DNA of 64,000 nt from Flavobacteriales bacterium. GTDB taxonomy: Bacteria > Bacteroidota > Bacteroidia > Palsa-965. The notes beneath the pieces are model-generated. The model saw only the letters and a list, made by a program, of their open reading frames with translations, was not told the origin of the DNA and made no database searches. Below, in pieces: positions 27,266 through 32,400 of the stretch. A program made the translations under genes and the position numbers. Within the stretch, counting starts at the first letter, position 1. Each line of letters begins with the position of its first letter. Location of the stretch: NCBI GenBank assembly GCA_040377305.1, contig JBEIPA010000012.1:27653-91652 (forward strand). Direction: 5' to 3'.

Positions 27266-27397
27266 GCCTAACGTTTTGCAGATTTGCGATGGGCGGGCTT
27301 TTTAACACAACTGGTCATTCGGAGAACTGAACTTTCGGTAACCACAAAACTGTCTGCGGAGAACGAAACCCTGCCTATTGCAAATGTGCTGTTATGC
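27266..27397 (-). repeat. attC-like site of a different sequence family (132 nt), nearest the recombinase
   Basis: It has the same cores (GCCTAAC ... GTTATGC) and complementary arms (GCAGATTTGCGATGGGC / GCCTATTGCAAATGTGC). Its interior is longer and unrelated to the 86-nt unit. Track ORF 27268-27492 lies inside it and is spurious. Confidence 0.65.
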
Positions 27398-27409
27398 GTT
27401 CGCCATTCT

Positions 27410-28021
27410 TTACTCATTGGTGATGTCCTCAATTTTAGTTGCAAATTTTCTGTTGTCCTTTGAGATATGTTCGTAGTTGTCTTGTCCAACAAAAAAACTC
27501 GAAGGTGTCCAACTGTTTGTTAAAGGAGTTTTCAAATTGTCCAAGTAATATTGTCCTGAAACTTCAAAGTCAAGAATTGCAAGTTGAAAAGGGTAGATTT
27601 TATATAACTGTTTCAATATTGTCGCAAAGAACTTTTTCAACTCGCTAGGGACTTTTGGGTTTTCAGTCCAAGTTTTGTATTCAGAACCGAACACCTTTTC
27701 TATTGCTGCTGTGTAAAAACAAATGTCAAACCAATTAAAGCCAGTTTCTACTGGCTCGTCTTCTCGTATATTGTATGTCATAAATGGAATTGCATAATTG
27801 TCAAGGTGCAAAACTCCAATATGTTGAATATTTACAATGTCAATTGGGATTGAATTATTATTTACGTCAAAAGGTCCTTCAACGTTTTTTAAAGACCAAA
27901 TAAAGTCAGTGTAAAGCCTTATTGGTTCGTTGTCTGCACTGGGACAAACTTGAATAGCAAGTTCGTAAAAACCACCTGTTCTTAATTCTTTGTCAAGAAG
28001 TATATCGTTACTTTTTGTCAT
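27410..28021 (-). CDS. hypothetical protein (first cassette)
   Basis: 203-aa ORF with no recognised motif. The start lies 33 nt past the GCATAAC core at 28055-28061. Confidence 0.55.
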   Translation of the reverse strand: MTKSNDILLDKELRTGGFYELAIQVCPSADNEPIRLYTDFIWSLKNVEGPFDVNNNSIPIDIVNIQHIGVLHLDNYAIPFMTYNIREDEPVETGFNWFDICFYTAAIEKVFGSEYKTWTENPKVPSELKKFFATILKQLYKIYPFQLAILDFEVSGQYYLDNLKTPLTNSWTPSSFFVGQDNYEHISKDNRKFATKIEDITNE

Positions 28022-28151
28022 TCGTTCTCTAGCGCTGTAGTTTTATATGGTGACGCATAACTAGTTTATTTGCGCTACATCGTAGCGCAAATAAACCCTA
28101 GATGGCTGTATTGGCGCGTAAACATCCGATTTAGCTCATACAATTTACAAA
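28022..28151 (-). other. candidate attI-equivalent region (core GTTATGC plus perfect 15-bp inverted repeat)
   Basis: The core GCATAAC at 28055-28061 reads GTTATGC in array orientation. A perfect palindrome GTTTATTTGCGCTAC-ATC-GTAGCGCAAATAAAC lies at 28064-28096. GTATTGGCGCG at 28108-28118 echoes the repeat arm. Confidence 0.4.
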
Positions 28152-29033
28152 TTAAAGTGAATCGAAAGGCGAACGTATTTTCCCGATTGCATGGGCGCTT
28201 ACGTGGGTATAAATCTCTGTCGTTTTGCTGCTCGCATGCCCCAACAACTCCTGAATGTATCGAAGATCTGTTCCCGACTCCAGCAGATGAGTGGCAAAAC
28301 TGTGCCGTAACCAATGAAGTGTGACCGGTTTCGTAATTCCCGCTCGGGCAACACTTTGCTTCAGCACCTGCTGCAAACTCCGGGCATCGTAGGGTTGACC
28401 GCACTCTTGTCCTTCGAATAGATATTTTACAGGACGATACGATTTGAAATATTCACGCAACTGCTCGAGAATCTTTTCACTCAACGGAACAATTCTGTCC
28501 TTACGGCCTTTCCCATTCTTAATGATGACGAGCATGCGATTCGAATCAATATGCTCCGGCAAAAGACCGATCAATTCTCCACTGCGCAATCCGCAACTGT
28601 AAATGAGCGATAACATAGCTTTGTGCTTGGTATTTATTGTGCGTGTAAGCAGAAGCTTTACTTCTTCTTTACTCAGCACATTCGGTAGTGGCTTTCCGCG
28701 ACGCGGCCGATAGATCAATTCCGGATTCAGAATCTTATTGTGCAGAATCCGGAAGTACAACTTTATTGCGTTGATACATTGATTCTGAAAGGACACAGAC
28801 AATTCCTTCGCAATGATGTATTCCGAATTGAAACGCTGTACATCTGTGTTTGTAATCACAGAAACATCCTTGTCGCAAAAGGAAATAAATGTCCGTAAGC
28901 ATTCCGTGTAAACCTTTATCGTACCATTACTATAACGGCGCGACTTCAGCCAGTCACTGAACTGTTCCATAGATGGAGTGGGTGCTCCCCGTCCGACCGG
29001 CTCGTCCGGGCGGGCATAAGTGTTCTCTTTCAT
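28152..29033 (-). CDS. tyrosine recombinase, IntI-related in several segments but with XerC/D-like spacing (no IntI-specific insertion)
   Basis: 293 aa. Catalytic set: R (SCGLRSGEL), K (GKGRKDR), HWLRH, LLGH and Y (EIYTHV). Also carries RPRRGKPLPNVLSKEEV, AGITKPVTLHWLRHSFATHLL and the C-terminal IRSPFDSL. An alternative start is Met22 at 28970. Confidence 0.85.
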   Translation of the reverse strand: MKENTYARPDEPVGRGAPTPSMEQFSDWLKSRRYSNGTIKVYTECLRTFISFCDKDVSVITNTDVQRFNSEYIIAKELSVSFQNQCINAIKLYFRILHNKILNPELIYRPRRGKPLPNVLSKEEVKLLLTRTINTKHKAMLSLIYSCGLRSGELIGLLPEHIDSNRMLVIIKNGKGRKDRIVPLSEKILEQLREYFKSYRPVKYLFEGQECGQPYDARSLQQVLKQSVARAGITKPVTLHWLRHSFATHLLESGTDLRYIQELLGHASSKTTEIYTHVSAHAIGKIRSPFDSL

Positions 29034-29092
29034 ATTTTATCTTTTTCGTAGCGTACATATAGCTGCAAAGTAAAATGATAAAAATGAAATAG

Positions 29093-29116
29093 CCGTTTGT
29101 AAACGTTTGTAAACGG
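29093..29116. promoter_or_regulatory. near-palindromic tandem motif upstream of the recombinase gene (candidate operator)
   Basis: CCGTTTGTAAACGTTTGTAAACGG, i.e. two CGTTTGTAAA units, 60 nt upstream of the ATG at 29033. Confidence 0.3.
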
Positions 29117-29140
29117 ATAATCTCCGGTATTCGACGAAAT

Positions 29141-29392
29141 TCATTGTCATCCCGATAGCTATCGGGATGAGCGTAGCCGAAGGGTGACAAGTGAAGGCCA
29201 GACTGAACGTATCCAGATAGCGATCGGGAGACGGGTGATAAGCAGCGTAGTCGAATTCACTTCTGTTGATCTTGGTACATTGTCAGATTGAGCACTTCGA
29301 CAGGCTCAGCACAGGCTTCGCCGAAGGTTGACAAGCAGAATTGTGAGACTCAGCGCCTGACCGCTGTGGAGCGTAGCTGAAGGTTGACGAAC
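29141..29392. repeat. cluster of REP-like elements (GTCA..GAGCGTAGCCGAAGGGTGAC family)
   Basis: TCATCCCGATAGCTATCGGGATGAGCGTAGCCGAAGGGTGACAAG. Also TGTCAGATTGAGCACTTCGACAGGCTCAGCACAGGCTTCGCCGAAGGTTGACAAG and GTGAGACTCAGCGCC..GGAGCGTAGCTGAAGGTTGACGAA. Confidence 0.6.
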
Positions 29393-29430
29393 AGAAAACA
29401 AAAGCCCACGAAGTTTAAACTCCGTGGGCT
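29390..29430 (-). terminator. rho-independent terminator after the giant adhesin gene
   Basis: The minus strand reads AGCCCACG-GAGTTTAAACTT-CGTGGGCT followed by TTTGTTTTCTG. The stem is a perfect 8 bp. Confidence 0.65.
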
Positions 29431-29449
29431 CCGTGTACTTCGTGATCAA

Positions 29450-32400
29450 CTACTGACCCCGAATAACTCGTATCGTCTGAACACTGCTACCCACCAACCT
29501 CACCGAATAAATTCCATCCGCCCAATCATTCATATCCAACTGCGTAGTGGTTTTTCCTTCGACGTTCTCGGCATAAACCAGTTTGCCGTTTGCATCAAAC
29601 ACTTCGAGTGTGGAAACGTTTGCATCTGCTGTCCACTGCACCGTTGTGAAATCAGCAGCTGGATTTGGATAAGCGAGTACTCCATTGCTTTGTGTAACAC
29701 CATCGATTCCCATGCACAGGTCGACAAACACAATGGCATTCGCGGAGTTGTAGCAACCGTTTCCATCCGTGTAATCGTAGGTCAAGGTTACGAAACCTGT
29801 TCCTGCTGCTCCAGGGAAGAATTGATTTCCGATAATTCCCGGACCGGAATACGTTCCGCCTGCTGGTGAACCGCCTGTAAGTACCAGCGGATTACTGAAT
29901 ACACAGAACGAAGTATCGTTGCCCATCGAGAACTGAACATTTGGTAATGGATTCACCGTGACATTGATTGCAGTCGATGTAACTCCGCACGATCCGTTGG
30001 AAACATCAACCGTGTAACTTCCTGATTGCGTCACCACAATTGAACTTGTTGTTGCACCTGTACTCCAGAGATACGATGTACCACCACTAGCAGTGAGTGT
30101 AACCGCACCGCCTGCGCAGAATGTTGTCGGTCCGCCTGCAGAAATGTTTGCAGTAGGAGGAGGGACAACCGTTACCGAAATAGAATTGGAGTTTGCAGTA
30201 CATCCGTTCGCGCCTGTCACCACACAATCGTAAGTTCCGGATGCTGAAACAAGAATGGATTGCGTTGTAGCGCCTGTGCTCCACAAATAGCTATTCGCAC
30301 TTGCTACCGTAAGCGTTACGTTTCCACCTGTACAGAATGTTGTTGGTCCACCTGCAGAAATGCTTGCAGTAGGAGCCGGATTCACAACAACCGTAATGGT
30401 GGAAGTTGTATCGCTGCACATTCCGTTGGAGACGATGCAATAGTACGTTCCTGCAACACTTACGTTGATTGCAGTAGTTGTTGCACCTGAACTCCACAGG
30501 TAATTAGTGCCGCCACCAGCTGTGAGTGTTACAACATCGCCCTGACAAATTGTAGTAGATCCGGAAGCAGTGATTGTTGCGCTCGGAGTTGAGTTTACTG
30601 TAACCGTTATCGGCGATGAAACTGCGGTGCATCCATTCGCCGAAGAGGTAGTGACACTATACGTTCCTGAAGTAGAAACTGTAATGGCTTGCGTCGTTGC
30701 GCCTGTGCTCCATAAGTAACTATTCGAAGCATCTGCTGTTAGTGTTACGTTGTCGCCCGCGCAGAAACTCAGCGGACCTGATGCCGTGATTCCTGCTGTT
30801 GGCGCTGGATTAACTACCACAGTTACCAGTGAAGTTGTATCAGTACAAGTTCCATTGGAAACAACACAGTAGTAATTTCCTGCAGTACTTACGTTGATTG
30901 CCGTCGTTGTTGCTCCTGTGCTCCACGTGTAAGTGGTGCCACCACCTGCAGTTAAGGTTACCACATCTCCCTGACAAATTGTTGTAGGACCAGACGTGCT
31001 GATCGTTGCGTTCGGAGTTGTGTTCACGGTAACTGTTACCGGCGATGATTGTGCAGTACATCCATTCGCTCCGGTGGTAATTACGTTGTACGAACCGGAA
31101 GTTGTGACAACGATTGAAGAAGTTGTTGCACCTGTGTTCCACAAATAACCGTTAGCAGCATTGGCAAACAATGTTACGTTATCGCCAGCGCAGAATGTTG
31201 TAGGTCCGCCAGCTGTAATGCTCGCTGTTGGTGATGGATTTACCGTAACCACTACGGATGAAGTTGTGTCTGTACACGATCCGTTTGATACAACGCAGTA
31301 GAAAGTTCCGCTTGTGCTTACGGTGATTGCTGAAGTTGTTGCTCCTGTACTCCACAGGTAAGTTCCACCACCGCCTGCAGTGAGTACAACGTTATCTCCC
31401 GAACAGAATGTTGTTGGTCCGCCGGTTGAAAGTGTTGCAACTGGTGGCGCGATTACATTCACATTCACGACCTGTGAATTCGAAACACAACCGTTTGCAT
31501 TGGTCACGGCTACGGAGTACGCACCGCCCGAAGTCACCAGTATCGTTTGCGTAGTAGCCCCGTTGCTCCATAAATAAGAAGATGACATCGGAACAGAAAG
31601 TGTAACGCTTCCACCCGAACAGAAGGTTGTTGGACCGCTTGGTGTGATTGTCGCATTCGGCATTGCAATAACGTTGATGCGTGCTGTATCTGTTACGTTC
31701 ACGTTTCCGCAACCGGGCTGTGAGATTGTAATCGTAATGACTTGTGTTCCTGATCCCATTCCGCTTGTGTTAATCGGAATGGTCAATGCAGAACCGGTTC
31801 CGTTTGTTGCTGCAGAAACTGGAGTGCTGTTCCAGAATGCCTGATACGTTACGCCAACCTGACTTGTGTTCAATGTTACGTTTGAAGTTGTAACATCATC
31901 GCAAATGGTTGCACCGGAAACTGTCATGGCCTGCGACATTGGATTGTTGTACACAGCAATGACGGGTGTGCGTGTCGGTGATGGGCAACCGGCAGCAGAA
32001 ACAATGACAACCCAGAATGTATCTGTTGCTGTAAGATTGGTGAGCGTGTACGTTCCGGAAGTTTGTCCGTTGATCGGAGTTCCGTTAACTGCAACGCTAT
32101 ACCACTGATAACTTCCACCAACTGGTGCACCACTCGCAGTGAGTACTGCATTTCCGCTTCCGCAAACGGTATCGTTAACTGTTGTTGCAGCTACAGGAAG
32201 CGGATTCACAACCACCGTGTTTGTTTGTGGAGTAGTTACGCATCCGTTAGGATTTGAAATGACGAGTGTATAAACTCCTGCGTGAATTGCAGCTGCATTG
32301 AGAATAGGAGCAGGCACTTGCTGATTCGAAGTGAAACCATTTGGTCCGTTCCAGGAATAAGTTGCTCCTGCAATCAACGGTGAGCTGAGCTGAATGATAT

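Larger units (their letters stand above)
17211..29033 (-). mobile_element. integron-like element: tyrosine recombinase, candidate attI region, and an array of up to 16 gene cassettes with attC-like repeats
   Basis: All ORFs are co-oriented with short spacers. The spacers are imperfect palindromes bounded by nnTAAC/GTTAnn inverse cores. A recombinase gene sits at the head. See findings. Confidence 0.65.

Noticed and set aside
22944-27397. The regularly spaced repeats could be mistaken for a CRISPR array.
   Set aside because: The repeats are ~85-130 nt, far longer than CRISPR repeats. The spacers are 360-610 nt and each contains a complete ORF. The repeats are internally palindromic with inverse cores. 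No cas genes lie in the window.
27268-27492. The 74-aa minus-strand track ORF here, and the 27-codon N-terminal extension of ORF 25199-25687.
   Set aside because: Both are encoded by the attC-like repeats themselves. The peptide ..FHVYLLEGKARGANPQNVS.. recurs wherever the repeat is translated.
28070-28404. Track ORFs 28070-28324 (+) and 28075-28404 (-) at the recombinase 3' end.
   Set aside because: They overlap the well-supported recombinase frame and the palindromic attI-candidate region, and they show no protein-like features.
28152-29033. Calling the recombinase a canonical integron integrase (intI), or the element a class 1/2/3 mobile integron.
   Set aside because: The interval between GKGRKDR and HWLRH is too short to hold the IntI-specific insertion. 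There are no Tn402/Tn7 modules, and no qacE/sul1 or resistance cassettes. I call it only IntI-related.
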